A DNA stretch of 64,000 nucleotides from Squalus acanthias. Lineage: Eukaryota. The stretch spans positions 87,978,001 through 88,042,000 of the forward strand of contig CM059435.1 in NCBI GenBank assembly GCA_030390025.1. Reading direction: 5' to 3'. Positions 24,565-38,632 of the stretch are shown one piece after another. The notes below the pieces were generated by a model. It was not told the DNA's origin, ran no database searches, and saw only the letters and a list, made by a program, of their open reading frames with translations. The position numbers and the translations under genes are program-made. Every line of letters starts with the position of its first letter. The first letter of the stretch is position 1.

Positions 24565-26059
24565 ATAGTTCTGTACATTATAGCCTGACTGACAACAACA
24601 CTCTCTTGGTATCAAAGGAATCAAAAAGGAGGGCTGATGACATGCTAGGAATGACTGGTCAGGGAGAGAACATAAATACTCCTGACTGGTTTATGATATT
24701 CTCTCAGCTTTGAAAGTGTACTGCCTTGATACTCTAATGCTCTGTCGAACACCACAATGTTGTGCAAGGTAAGAAAGTCTCAAACTTCATTCAAACCCAA
24801 GGGCACTTTCATCAAATGTGGTTATCTTTTTTATTCTCCTCCAGCTTCCACTTTATTCCTGCTCTCTTGAAGGCAATAACTCAGTTTGGGAGAACGTTCC
24901 ACAGGTTGCTGGGATGATTTGACTGTGGGCACCATCAGAGTCAACCCCAATACTGTCCTCAGCCGACATCCACACACTACTGGCAAGGGACACAGGATAA
25001 TGATCAGCAGGGGGAACCTTGGTTCATTTTTTTTCTCCACGCTACCTTGGGGATACCGAGGCCAATTGCAACATCCAACCCTCCCCACTGCTGTTCCAGC
25101 TGAGATCAGCTATTTCAGCAGAAGCCAGGGACTGATCCTGATCTGTAAAGTCCTGTGATGTACCACATCATGCGTTTACCCACTGAGCTGCTAAGAGCAT
25201 CAGGTTATGAATTTATAATAGTTAGAAACTTTTTAAAATTCCATGTCAATCAGAGTGCTTTTTATTCTGCCTTCAGCAAACAAAATGAACTGCTCTTTCC
25301 CAACAGCAGTACAGAAATAAACTCTGTACATGAATGTAACATTTTAATCTAACGGAGTGCATTTTGTGCTATCTGATGGATGAATAATGCAATTATTGGC
25401 CATGAATTATTAAAAACAGCATATAACTAAAGGCGACTTCACTTTTATTATGACTGTATACAATGTTTCAGGTCCCTAAAATAGACGAGATAATCTTTTG
25501 CCTACATTTAGCTGCTGACTTAGATTACAGTACCAGTAACCTATTGAACCAGAAAGCATGAAGCTAATTGCTAAGATGATGCTTGTCATCTTGTTTTAAA
25601 TATGACTTGATGGAAATATTAATTACAGGGGAGCTTCAACCAATTCAAAAATGGCAACTTTCAACAATAGCTTGTATCCGTCACACATAATCAAGACTGA
25701 TATTTTAGCGCAATACTAAAGTGCTATCTTTCAATTGGGGCATTAAAACCAAGGTGGATGTAAAAGATCCCATGATACGATTCAAAGAGCAGGGAGTTCT
25801 CCTGGTGTCCTAGCCAACATCCCAAGCCTCCGTCAACCAACACCACCAAAAATACAGATTAACCAGTCCTTCATTTCAATTGCTATTAGCAAGACAGTGC
25901 TGTGTGGAATTGCCTGCCATGTCTGCCGACATAACAACATGACTGTACTTCAAAAGTAATTAATTGAGACATTCTGTGAACATTATAAGGTCCTATGTAA
26001 ATCTTTCGTTCATTTATCTATCACCTTTAATTTAGTAAAATAGCACTTTACAGGGATGG

Positions 26060-26452
26060 AAGAAAGAATGAACTTGCAGTTATATAGTGCCATTCATGTC
26101 CTCAGGACGTCTCAAAGCATTTCACAGACAATGAATTATTTTTGAAATGCAGTAGCTGCTGTTCTGTAGGCAAAAACTGGCTGCCAACTTGCACATAGCA
26201 AACAGTTCATCTGTTGTGGTGCTGTTGGTTGGGGGGTAAACATTGACCAGGACACTGGGAGAATTCCCCTGCTCTTTCTTGAACAGCACCTTGATATCTT
26301 TTATATCCGCCTGAACAGGCAGACAAGGCCTCGGTTTAACGTCTCATCTGGAAGACGGCACCACCAACAGTACAGCACTCCCCCAGCTTGGGGCTTGAAT
26401 CTACAACCTACTGACTCAGAGGCGAGAGTGCTACCACTGTGACAAGCTGACA
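26060..26452 (-). mobile_element. SacSINE1-like DeuSINE, tail-to-tail with a decayed plus-strand copy at about 25715-26005
   Basis: Same family motifs in both orientations. Confidence 0.75.
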
Positions 26453-27694
26453 ACTTAAAAAGAGACATCAAGCGTTAGAAAAATAATTAGGAAAGATAAC
26501 CAGAGATCTTGGTAAAAAAAAAGAGGCTTTTGAAGATGGTGAGAGAGGTTTTATAGAGAGAGTTCCAGAAGATGTCTGAAGGCTCTACCACTGAAAGAGG
26601 AGTGAAGAAAGAGGGGATACAAAGGAGGCCAGATGAATGGAAGGGAACATGCTGCCACACATGGCTAGAAGAGGTTGCAGGGGTAAAGAAGGGCAATGGC
26701 ATCAAACAATTTGTAAAATGAGAATGAGGATTTTTAAATACATTGAGAATAGGAAGCCATCGCAAATGACACACAAAATCCGAGTGTACCGACTGTTATA
26801 CGGGAACATATTGCAAAATACTGCGTTTTTTCACCTTTGCGGATGGCACTACCTCTTGCAACGTATTCTAGATAGGAGAACACCACCAGTATAGACAGAT
26901 TGTGTTCCTTGACTGCTCTATTTGACTTTCCACAAGTTGGGACACTGTAATTGACCTCAATAGCTCCTGATTAGGGAAGGGGTGGGTGAAATCAGCTCCA
27001 GTTTCATTTTTTGTTCATTATCCAGTGACTCCTGCTAGCAGGTGCACATTTGGAAATTTGGTGGGGGGGGGGGGGGGGGGGGGAAGAGATGAGACAGGAT
27101 CAGCCTCAGAGGAGATGTTCTCCTTTGTAGAGTAACTTACTGACACTGTTTAGGCTCATATGTGAATTCAGTCAGTTGGGCGAGATGACTTTTACAATAA
27201 ATGTATTTTGTATACTTATTGAATTCCAGAATCCTCACCATCACCACTGGACTGGAATTGGTGCAATTAAGTTTTGTTTTGCTGAGGTTATGTGGTTTGG
27301 TCTTTCTGGGGCCTGAATTACAGCACTCAGTCCTTAAGAAACCATTTGTATGTTGATGTTGCCTTCAGATAAGTGAGTCAGAGTACATGTCTCCAGAGGC
27401 TGAAAACACCAACTCATGAGGTGGTTTTGTTCCAGGGGTAATGCAACATCATTTGTTCTGGCCAGGATAGTCTAAACTCTCAGCCCACCTATGGAGCCCA
27501 GCAATATCAGATTAATATTGCTAGGCTACATGAACTTTCTCTACCATAAGGGAAGGTTCACAGCCGGAATTTATAAAGTTACGAAAGAGGCTTTAGAGCA
27601 ACTGCAAAGTTGTCACTGATTTCCAAATCTGCCCAGGGTGGATAAACAGGGAAAATTCAGAACACAAACAACTGCAATCACATTCTGAAACCGC

Positions 27695-28110
27695 CTCTCA
27701 GAGGTAGATTCACTGCTCAGTGTGGTCCTGAGCCATACAGATCAGATAAGTCCCAGGTATCATCATCAGTCTATAATGAGTTAGCAGAGTTCATCCAGGG
27801 CAGCCGCAGCAGCAGTGCAATTGACCACAGCTTTCCTACACAAAAGAGGGGGAAATTAGCTATTGTTTCCACTCCTTATCACTATCCATGCTGTGATGCT
27901 GCAAAGTGCGCATAAACACTGAACAAAGACAGATTTGGCCTAGACTACAGTGTGCTGCACAATTGAACAGCCTACAAACACTCACTGTCAAGGTACACAC
28001 ATGAAAAATGGTCACTTGGGCGAGGCACCGAAAGAATACCCACATCTATGGAAACATATTCCAGCACGAATCAGCTCCTTCTGGAGAGGTAGGGAGAATT
28101 GGGGAAAAAA
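27695..28110 (+). mobile_element. Second, older tRNA-derived SINE family (name not assigned)
   Basis: Recurrent motifs GAGCCATACAGAYCAG, CCCAGGTT, GAGTTAGC, CAATTGGCCTCAG, ATGAAGAATGGYCACTTGGG. Other copies at about 2700-3005(+), 15410-15805(-), 23170-23395(-), 24830-25200(-), 29410-29830(+), 31760-32060(-) and 46940-47250(+). Confidence 0.65.
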
Positions 28111-28163
28111 ATATATAACTCAGTCAGTCAAATGTTTCAAATTTACAACTGATCAATGTGTAC

Positions 28164-28386
28164 CTGTTATCAAATTCGGTGACATTTTGAAGTTGATGTC
28201 TATACTTCTCAAGCAAAACCCATTCTGAGCATTTTGCCAATCGTTTCTGTGGGTTTCTGAGGAAATAATGAAACCTGATGCCTCCCACAGGCGTGAAGCA
28301 AATGTAACAATTAGGCAGATAAGTGGCATTCTTCACTAGCCAATCCACGCTCAGTAAGGCATAATCATGGAGATGTAAACCAGCAC
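28164..28386 (-). CDS. ADA2: ADA2 second coding exon (zinc-binding HxH motif and putative receptor-binding region)
   Basis: Acceptor tttcttcag, then (G)[31 protein letters not shown]...[24 protein letters not shown] donor; 223 nt, phase 1 to phase 2, consistent with neighbouring exons. Confidence 0.95.
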
Positions 28387-29929
28387 CTGAAGAAAAATAA
28401 ACCAATAACATTTTAATAAACAGTTTGAAGTCTAAACCGACCATTAAATAGAAATAAACTACAGGTTTTGATATTAAACATAATCCTTGCTTCACAATTC
28501 AGATTGCAGGGCAGACTCTCAAGGCTGCCTGACACTCAAGTCCCTCAGATCTAGTTGGATTGAGGTTTGTTTCAACTGGACCCTGAGGAAATGGGGAGGA
28601 AAAGACTGGCACTGCCTGCCTCACTATGATCACTTTTTCTGCTGGGCAACCCTAAAACAGTACGAGATACACTTAGGGAGAAATCCTCAAATTGAACCAC
28701 CTAATTTTCTTGCCCGAAGAAAAAGTGATGTGTTCTACGATAAAATTATTATTATTTTTTTTTTAAAAGGGAGAATCCGAGAAGACATAACTAGCCATGT
28801 CAGGTATTCCTCACCACTATTGGACACCCAATCAAGTATCCTGGTTGGAAAATAATAAAACATACCCAAGGCAAGCTTCCAGCTTCAGGAAAATGTGTCG
28901 ATTGAAGACTCGGTGAAGTATTGATGGTGCAAAGTGTCGCCAAATTTGTTGGGCATTCAGGAGCTGCTTTATTGTACCAGAAACATTGAGTTGTCCCAAA
29001 CTTTTCATTATTCTATTTCATTCAAAATATACTAATAAACTAAGCAATGAGATAAGTGTATTTATACTTTTTTCAAATGCAAGTAATTATTCAGAAATGA
29101 AGAAGTCCTTAAAATATCAAGAAGTTAGAAGTTTGCAAGCAGGTTGGAACTGCATTCAGTTGTGTTCTGCAACTAGTAAGTCCTATTGCTTGAGAAACAG
29201 GTCACTCCGCAAGCTTGAACTCAAGGAACTATTTTAAATATTCCTGCATGTTTAACTTAATCCACGAGTTTCATGCACAGTAAGAGATGACAGCTACACG
29301 AGTTGCTGCTTGGTCTCAGTAAGTTAATTTTTTGCAGAACACTGGAATTGATACTGAAATGGATAGACTTTAGTCCTTACTCTCTTGGCTGGTTCTACAT
29401 TTAAATGCCCCTCCCAGTGTGATACTGAGCCATACAAACCAGAAAGATTCCCTGGTTTGATCCCTGACCTGTGCTGGGGCAACTAATCTTGGCTGGGGCA
29501 GTGGTGGGCCACTACAATAACCTTCAGCGTCACTTGGCTAGCGAAGGGAAAATTCGGTCAGGATTCTCATTCCAATCCTGATCCTTATCCAGTGACCGTT
29601 GCTTTAAACTGCATATGCTTGGGCATTAACTGAGGACAGGACTAGTCTTTGATATTATGCCACCAGTGTCAAATAGCCTACCAACAATCACCCTATAAGC
29701 TCACACATCATAAATGGTCACTTGGGCAAGTTACTACAACAGAGAGAGCTGCAGTCAGACTCTTCAGGAAGCATGCCCTGGCAATACATTAGCACTTTTG
29801 GAAGAGGAGGAAAGGAACATTGGGAGGAAAAAACATTAGCTTCTAAAAAGGAAAGGAAAGGACTGTATTTTCCAAAATAAGTTCAAACACCATCTGAAAT
29901 ATTTTAGTTATATAAAGTTTTGATATTTT

Positions 29930-30545
29930 ATAGAAACAGTGAATGTAACAGCACAGAAATAGGTTGTTTCGCTCCACATGAACCAGCTCGTCTAATTACA
30001 CTCTCCTAATTACTCCCCATATCCTTTAATTAGGCTCTTTTTTCAAGCAACTATCTAATTTGCTTTTAAAATAACTTATGGATTCTGTTTCAACAACACT
30101 TTGTGTGAGGAATTCCCCATTATAGCCATCTATGTGTAAAGATTTTTTTTCTAAACCCCCTTTTAATTCTTTTTGTGATTGTCTTAAATTTGTGCCCTCT
30201 CATAACCAGTCAGTGGAAATAATCTATCACTATGTATCTCATCATAACCCTTCATACAATAGCAAAATACTGCGGATGCTGGAAATCTGAAACAACAACA
30301 GAAAATGCTGGAAACACTCAGCAGGCCAGGCAGCATCCGTGGAGAGAGAAACAGAGTTAACGTTTCAGGTCTGGGACCCTTCGTGATCTTGAAGAATTTA
30401 TACTATAATTTTTTCATTGCTTTTACATTCTTCCTATAATGAGGCGTCTAAAATGGTACACAGAACCCCAACTGTAGCCCAAGGTCTTGTACAAGTTCTA
30501 CATTACTGTCTTATTTTTGTATCCTATGCCTATAGATACAAAACT
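29930..30545 (-). mobile_element. Old CR1 3' fragment hosting the Penelope fragment and abutting the MITE
   Basis: Decayed similarity to the other CR1 3' ends in this window (cagcacagaa, aatttgtgccctct, ggtcttgtacaagtt). Confidence 0.55.
30258..30385 (-). mobile_element. Solo terminal fragment of the second Penelope family
   Basis: Reverse complement matches about 38640-38767 and is truncated inside the hammerhead core. Confidence 0.8.
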
Positions 30546-30547
30546 AA

Positions 30548-31440
30548 GGGGTAAAAATTCACTTGGTTGCGCCACCCGTTAGCGCCTTAAGAGGGCGCTA
30601 ATGGGGCGCAAAGCCGCTAACACCCGGGCGCAGCGATGGTTGCGCCGCTCGAGAACTTAACTTGAGATTGTGCGGCGGCGCTAAAACTTACCGCTGCGAC
30701 CACCTGCGCGCACAGATTGTGACGTCATTCCATGGTGCAACGCCCTTGGGGCGCCCCGTAGCGGAAATTGAGTGGCGCCCCCTGCCTTACCGCCTGGCGC
30801 TTCCAACGACCAGAAGACTGGAACGCTATCAATCGCTGTGGGGCTGGGGGGGGCGCTATTTAAAGGGGGCCTCTTCCTGTCTTTTATTGTTGGTGGCATT
30901 TTTGAACTACGCATTCTGAGAGAGAGAGGGAGAGACTTCTGGAGAGATTCAACGTTGTGTGAAGGAGTTTTGGGTACTGAGCAGCACTTTGCAGGTTCAT
31001 TTTGATTTGCCATTCCTTGTATCGATTTAGCAGAGACCGTGGGAGCTGCACTCTGAGCTCTTTGCCTGGTGCTCTCCATTGTTCTTTCCAGCACATTTGA
31101 TGTGCAAGTCTCTCCAGGCCGAGATTCAAGGCAGCAATGAACAGGATGTGGATGGAAAGCAAGATTAACCATCCCCTTTAAGAACTGGCCCGTGCCATTG
31201 TGTGTGTGTTCCATTGCTGACTGACATTACATGAGCTTCGCCAGCGCTCCGAGTTAGCGCCTCACTGCTTGGCCTTTGCGCCTTAAGAGAGGTGTGCAGC
31301 GCCTGCTTTAGCGCTCCACTCACCTCCCGGGGCGGTAAAAGTGAAGTTTCCCATCAGTGCCGATAATTAGCGCCAGGCGCTAATATTTGCGTCCGGACGA
31401 TATTTGCGCCCCAAATGGGGCGCGACCTAATTTCTACCCC
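30548..31440 (-). mobile_element. CpG-rich PIF/Harbinger-type MITE, copy 2 (inverted relative to copy 1)
   Basis: TIRs GGGGTAAAAATT and AATTTCTACCCC with a perfect 3-bp TAA target duplication (30545-30547, 31441-31443). Confidence 0.88.
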
Positions 31441-32324
31441 TAAGAATTTTGTTTGCCTTTTTCATATTTAGAGATTTTTCCTTAAGATTTGTGCTGAGAG
31501 CCATTGCTGTAACCTATGCTCAGCAAATCAAATTCACATGAGCAGAGTGCTGGAGCTACTCTCGATACTGGTGGGCAGTTACACAGTATTTATCTTACTT
31601 ATTTAAAACACAAGAGTATGCATATATGCATCAAACTTTGTATGGGCATGAGACCTGTCCACGGATTCCACCCCCCCCCCCCGCCCCCCCACACTCATCC
31701 CTGCTAAAGCTGATGATTCATACTAGGGTACGGTTTAATCTGTAACAGTAGCCCTACAATATCCTGCAGCAAATGACAGGTGAAGCTGAGCAGCGAGTCC
31801 CTGAGGCGATTTGACATCACAGCTGAACCCAGTCACTGTCCTCACCCAACAATCATACTTGCCAGGAGTCAATAGATAGTAATCAGGAGCACAAATATTA
31901 GCCATTTTTTTTTGCATTCCCTAACCAGTTTTGATATTGAGGTCAACCTCTGCCCTGGCTTAGATCAGCTAACTCGGTGCAGACCAGGAATCTAACCCGG
32001 GGCATTCCTCATCAAATGGCTCAGTAGCACATTGGCCAGTGCATTTATACACTCAGCCATTTCAGAACTTGCAGGCTTTTTTTTTTGTGGATTTTTACCT
32101 GCCCAAGGTGGTCATCAGAAGCAGCAGGCAGTACAGATGGGAATAAGTGGCAGTTAGGACAAAAGTGAATGGACACTGGAGTAATCTGGCCAGTCTAAGA
32201 TTTGGGTTACAAGGGCACTGTCAGTTTTTACTGGCAATATGTAAAATTATCATTGAGAGACTTATCCCTAAGAGACGCCTGGTTTTTGTCAGCACTGACA
32301 AGGAACTCATGGTTTTGGCTTTTA

Positions 32325-33350
32325 ATTCATTCCTGGGATGTGGGCGTCACTGGCAAGGCCAGCATTTATTGCCCATCCCTAATTACCCTTGAGAAGGTGG
32401 TGGTGAGCCGCCTTCTTCAACCACTGCAGTCCGTGTGGTGGAGGTACTCCCACGGTGCTGTTAGGGAGGGAGTTCCAGGATTTGGACCCAACGACGATGA
32501 AGGATCGGCGATATATTTCCAAGTCAGAATGGTGTGTGACTTGGAGGTGAACTTGCAGGTGGTGGTGTTCCCATGCGCCTGCTGCCCTTGTCCTTCTAGG
32601 TGGTAGAGGCCCCAGGTTTGGGAGGTGCTGCCGAAGAAGCCTTGGCGAATTGCTGCAGTGCATCTTGTAGATGGTACACACTGCAGCCACGGTACGCCGG
32701 TGGTGGAGGGAGTGAATGTTTAAGGTGGTGGATGGGGTGCCAATCAAGCAGGCTACTTTGTCCTGGATGGTGTCAAGCTTCCTGAGTGTTGTTGGAGCTG
32801 CACTCATCCAGGCACGTGGAGAGTATTCCATCACACTCCTTACTTGTGCCTTGTAGATGGTGGAAAGGCTTTGCGGAATCAGGAGGTGAGTCACTTGCCA
32901 CAGAATACCTAGCCTTTGACCTGCTCTTGTGGCCACAGTATTTGGTCCAGTTAAGTTTCTGGTCAATGGTGACCCCAGGATGTTGATGGTGGGGTATTTG
33001 GTGATGGTAATCCCATTGAAAGTCAAGGGGAGGTGGCTAGACTCTCTCTTGGTGGAGATGGTCATTGCCTGGCACTTGTGTGGCGCGAATGTTACTTGCC
33101 ACTTATCAGCCCAAGCCTGAATGTTGTCCAGGTCTTGCTGCATGCGGGCACGGACTGTTTCATTATCTGAGGAGCTGTGAATGGCGTGGAACATTGTGCA
33201 ATCATCTGCGAACATCCCCATTTCTGACCTTATGATGGAGGGAAGGTCATTGATGAAGCAGCTGAAGATGGTTGGGCCTAGGACACTGCCCTGAGGAACT
33301 CCTGCAGCGATGTCCTGGGGCAGAGATGATTGGCCTCTAACCACCACAAC
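32325..33350 (-). mobile_element. CR1-clade LINE 3' fragment of a different family
   Basis: AGVPQGSVLGPTIFSCFINDLP, MFADD, YKAQVRSVMEYS. Confidence 0.88.
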
Positions 33351-34419
33351 CAACATTATAACAACGAGCAGTGGTTTGGTTTCAGGATGAATATCACCTT
33401 TATTTACCAGCAGAAATTGGATGCATCCCAGACACACCTATACTAACACTGGATGCAACAGTATCATACCTGCATTGGCATCACTGTGGTCACAGGCAAA
33501 CTTACACAAAAAACCATTGCATTCTACAGTACAGTAGCCTCGCATCTGATTAGACAGAGTCAAAGAAAGTGCTGCTGTCATTAAATTCACTGGTTTATAG
33601 AGGATAACATACACATAAGAGAGTGTTCAAAGACAGTAAAACATTGAGGGATTGGAATCTCAGTCCAGAGGCTGTGTGCTACAAATTCAGGTCTGCCGTA
33701 GATATCTTCGTGTTCAGTGACATAATTCACTCCTGTAAACCATTTTAGCATCTTACTTTTATGGCAGTTGACTCATATTTCTCTAAATCTACTTGCACAG
33801 GATCGTAACTCAGTGTAACAATATTACCCACTTGTAACCTGAACTGGATAATTTGTGTCTTTTGCAGGTGCACTTCAATTGCTCTGAAGGCAGAATGAGC
33901 AAACAACTTGCAGGATGAGGCATGATATAAATCAATAAGTTGCTTTATTTCACAGTAAAGTGAACATACAAAACGACAGTTATGATTAAGAGTTATTTAA
34001 TTCAAGCAGTACAACTTATCTTCACATAATGTCGCAAAACAAAGAAATGGCCACACTTTCCCATAATAGTGGGACATCTAATTCAACTTAAAGAAGATAA
34101 TTTCCGACTATTCTCTCCTGTACTCCAACCTTCTTGCAGCCTTTAGCTACGGACTACCTCACTTCAAAACCTTCTACATGACTGCCCGTCTGTTTTATCG
34201 CTTATCAAAGTAGGCTTACTATCTAGACAGCTTACTATCTACCAATTCAAACCCCTTTTGTTTTAAAGTTTTATGAATGCATTTCAAAAGACATTTAAAT
34301 GAGCTCTTTTGCCCAATCCTTCCTGTGGAAATATTACCAAAAGATTGCAAAGCGCAACACTGCATTATTCTTACTCTTATTTTATCTATACAGGGCATAA
34401 TATATTATGTATCTCCATC

Positions 34420-34813
34420 AATTTGGCTTGGTATTTAGCATTCTTGTCTCCGAATCAGAACGCTGAGAATTCAAGCCCCACTCCAGGATTCCAGCCCATC
34501 TAGGCTGACACTTCAATACAGTACTGAGGGAGTGCTGCACGGTTGAAAATACTGTCTTGCAGATGAGACGTTAAACTGAGGCCTTGTCTGCCGGTTTAGA
34601 TGGACGTAAAAGATCCCATAACATTTTTCAAAGAGAAAAGCATATTAACTGATCATTCATCTCTGCTGCTTGTGGAAACCTTGCTCTGTGCAAATTGACT
34701 GCCATGTTGGCCCACAAAACAGTGACTACACTTCAAAGTAATTCATTGACTGTGAACGCTTCGAGATATCTTGCAGACATGAATGATGAAATATAAAGGG
34801 AAGTTATTTCTTT
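34420..34813 (+). mobile_element. SacSINE1-like DeuSINE (older copy)
   Basis: CAGTACTGAGGGAGTGCTGCAC core. Further partial copies at about 213-550, 9800-9978, 35738-35895, 55960-56110, 56465-56823 and 62420-62500. Confidence 0.75.
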
Positions 34814-37059
34814 CGAGCAGATCGCCCATAGTGTTGCTCACGCAGAGTCGGAGGATACACTGTTTTGCTATCTCCTTGGCCATATAAATAGTACCCCCAA
34901 AGGCAGATCTCATCGCGCTGTGCTGCCTGCACTGATGTGAAAGGCAAGTTGAAAAAACTAAAAGCCTCTTTAATATTTGAGCTAAAAAGAGGCTCTTAGT
35001 TTGCTAAGGCACTTAAATATTTAATACTATATATTGGCATAGTATTTCATGTTCTTAAAACAGATTCCAGTTGATTAATAAGTTCAATAAACGCTTAATC
35101 CCTATGGTAGGAAAGCAAGGAATGAGGTCGCTTGGAGTTCGGGGCTGCAGTATCGGATCATGATTCCCAATGTGGGTGTTGGGGAGGGAGTGGGGGGCGG
35201 GGGGGAGAGGAGGAAAGAGTGGGTAAGCTTGAAGCCCAGCCACTAACAACAAGTATATGAAACCGAGAGGGGAGGAAGGAGTGGTAAACGGCCGCGACGC
35301 CAATCTGGTGGCCGAAGATGGGTCAAGCAGATAGCCCAGGCACTAGGTTCAAGGCCAGACTATGCAGGGCAAGCGAGGATCAAGTAGGACCAAAATCAGG
35401 TGGCCACAAATAGAATACGCAAGTGGAGGGAACCACTGCAGTGGGTGGCATTTGGTGTCCCAAAAATTGGCATTTAAACATTTGAAAAATAGGGGAATCA
35501 CCCAAAAATCAGGTGAAAGAAACAAAATGGCAGGAGGACCTGGGTGACTCAGTGCCATTTTGCAGCAGGAGGCTTACAACCATTGCATGACAGGGAAATA
35601 GAATTCTCCCATTTTAATATGTTGATAAAGTATTCTGATATAACACAACGCTGGCATAAAAAGCATAATTCAAAGGTCGCGACACGGGAAGTAAGCTAAA
35701 CAGGGAGGGGCAGGGAGTGCAAATCATCTGCAAGTTAAGAAAACGAACTTGCATTTATATAGCGCCTTTCATGAACTCAGGAAGTCCCAAAGCACTTCAC
35801 AACCGTTGAAGTACTTTTGAAGTGTAGTCACTGTTGTAATGTATGGAAATATGTCAACCAATTTATGCACAGAAAGATCCCACAACCAGCAGTTGATCAG
35901 TCTGGAGTTCCATTAACATTTTGCAATCTGCATTAACCAATTGCAGCTAAGCACTTATATCCTTGTGAAACGCTACCATTACTGTGCTTCACTATCACAA
36001 CGTTGTAAAATCGCTCCGAACCTTCTTCCCCTCACTTTCCTTGGACCCCATCCCTTCTTCCAATCTTACCCCTTGCCGTGTTTTCACTATCGCCCCTGAC
36101 CTTCCCCTCTCTTACCCCAAATGATCAGTCCTCAGCAAAAGTCTTAGCTTCATCCCGTTACACCCCCACCTCAATGAATTTCAAACTCAGGGCACGACGC
36201 CGAGCTCCTTCGTCACCGAGCTCTTCTTCCGTTGCCTTCGCCTCTGGGCCCACTTCTATGGCCAGGAGTCTTCCTCCCCCCTCCCCCCTCCCCACCCCAC
36301 GTACAGCGGACTCTTTCTCCCCTCTTCAGAATTATAGTTCCACCTGGACCCCTCCCTCTGGCCTCTTACCCCCCTCTAGATCTTTGCATTGGGAACTGCC
36401 ATGTGACATTGGCCGTCTCAATTTCTCTGCTCCCCTTACTCACTCTAACCTACCTTCTTCTGAACTTACAGCACTCCATTCTCTCAGATCCAACCCTGAC
36501 ATTGTCAGTAAACCTGCTGACAAGGGTGGCACTGTTGTTGTTTGGCGAACCAACCTCTACCTTGCGGAGGCTGAATGCCAACTCTCTGACACCTCCTCTT
36601 ACCTCCCCCTGGACCATGGCCCCACTACCAAACATCAAGCCATGGTTTCCAAGAGTGTCACTGACCTCATCTCTTCTGGAGATCTTCCCTCCACGGCTTC
36701 CAACTTCATAGTCCCCCAACCCCGCTTATACCTCCTTCCCAAGATCCACAAACAGGACTGTCCTAGTAGACCCATCGTTTACGCCTGTTCTTGTCACACG
36801 AAACTGATTTCTTCCTATCTCAACTATTATTTCTCCCCTTGTCCAGTCTCTTCCTACCAACAACTGCGACTCTTCCGACGCCCTCCACCACTTTAACAGT
36901 TTCCAGTTTCCTGGCCCGAACCGTCTCATTTTCATCATGGACGTCCAATACCTCTACACCTCCATCCCCCACCAGGATGGCTTGAGGGCTCACCGCTTCT
37001 TCCTTGAATGGAGACCCAACCAGTCCCCAACCACCACCACTCGGGGGGGAGGGGGGGGG

Positions 37060-37829
37060 NNNNNNNNNNNNNNNNNNNNNNNNNNNNNNNNNNNNNNNNN
37101 NNNNNNNNNNNNNNNNNNNNNNNNNNNNNNNNNNNNNNNNNNNNNNNNNNNNNNNNNNNNNNNNNNNNNNNNNNNNNNNNNNNNNNNNNNNNNNNNNNNN
37201 NNNNNNNNNNNNNNNNNNNNNNNNNNNNNNNNNNNNNNNNNNNNNNNNNNNNNNNNNNNNNNNNNNNNNNNNNNNNNNNNNNNNNNNNNNNNNNNNNNNN
37301 NNNNNNNNNNNNNNNNNNNNNNNNNNNNNNNNNNNNNNNNNNNNNNNNNNNNNNNNNNNNNNNNNNNNNNNNNNNNNNNNNNNNNNNNNNNNNNNNNNNN
37401 NNNNNNNNNNNNNNNNNNNNNNNNNNNNNNNNNNNNNNNNNNNNNNNNNNNNNNNNNNNNNNNNNNNNNNNNNNNNNNNNNNNNNNNNNNNNNNNNNNNN
37501 NNNNNNNNNNNNNNNNNNNNNNNNNNNNNNNNNNNNNNNNNNNNNNNNNNNNNNNNNNNNNNNNNNNNNNNNNNNNNNNNNNNNNNNNNNNNNNNNNNNN
37601 NNNNNNNNNNNNNNNNNNNNNNNNNNNNNNNNNNNNNNNNNNNNNNNNNNNNNNNNNNNNNNNNNNNNNNNNNNNNNNNNNNNNNNNNNNNNNNNNNNNN
37701 NNNNNNNNNNNNNNNNNNNNNNNNNNNNNNNNNNNNNNNNNNNNNNNNNNNNNNNNNNNNNNNNNNNNNNNNNNNNNNNNNNNNNNNNNNNNNNNNNNNN
37801 NNNNNNNNNNNNNNNNNNNNNNNNNNNNN
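37060..37829. other. Assembly gap (770 N) flanked by poly-G runs
   Basis: Seen directly. Confidence 1.
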
Positions 37830-37854
37830 GGGGGGGGAGAGCGATGGACCAAAA

Positions 37855-38322
37855 GAAAAAGGAAGGAAGAAAAGACTTGCATCGCACCTTTCACGACCAC
37901 CGAACCTCCCAAATCGCTTTACAGCCAATGAAGTACTTTCTGAAGTGTAGTCACTGTTGTAACGTAGGAACCGCGGCAGCCAATTTGCGCACAGCAAGGA
38001 CCTACAAATAGCAATGTGATAATGGCCCAGATGACCTGTTTTAATGATATTGATTGAGAGATAAGTATTGGCCAGGACGCTGGTGATAACTCCCTTGCTC
38101 TTCTTCGAAATAGTGCCATGGGATCTTTTACGTCCACTTGAGAGCAGACGAGGCCTCGGCTTAACGTCTCATCCGAAAGGCAGCACCTCTGACAGTGCTG
38201 CACTCCCTCAGTACTGCACTAGAGTGTCAGCCCAGATTTGTGTTCAAGTCTCTGGAGTCGGCCTTGAACCTACAACCTTCTGACTCAGAGGCAAGAGTGC
38301 TACTAACTGAGCCACAGTGGAC
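37855..38322 (-). mobile_element. SacSINE1-like DeuSINE within the old Penelope element
   Basis: Reverse complement of the same family from head to tail. Confidence 0.85.
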
Positions 38323-38632
38323 ATGGCTCCAGGAACAGCATGTCATCTTTTGATTAGATACTTTCCAGCCTTCCGGACTCAACACTGATTTCAACAATTT
38401 CAGATCATAACCTCGGCCCCCATGTTTTCGGACAGCAGCTGTTGGTGATGTTTCTGCTATTCCCATTTACACCTCCTCTCGACCCATCTTTTGTTTCTTT
38501 ACTTGTCCCATTCCATCCCCTTTCACCTCACACCATCATCCCTTTTGTCATTTAACCTCTCCTGCCTTCCACCCTATCACAGACCTTCCCTCTTGTTCTT
38601 GCTCAAATAACATTACATCTCTACTTTTTCTC

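Noticed and set aside
27064-27083. Poly-G tract as a G-quadruplex element
   Set aside because: Homopolymer inside a decayed SINE; its length is unreliable in this assembly.
36820-38011. Six 300+ aa ORFs in the track
   Set aside because: Artefacts of translating through the N gap.
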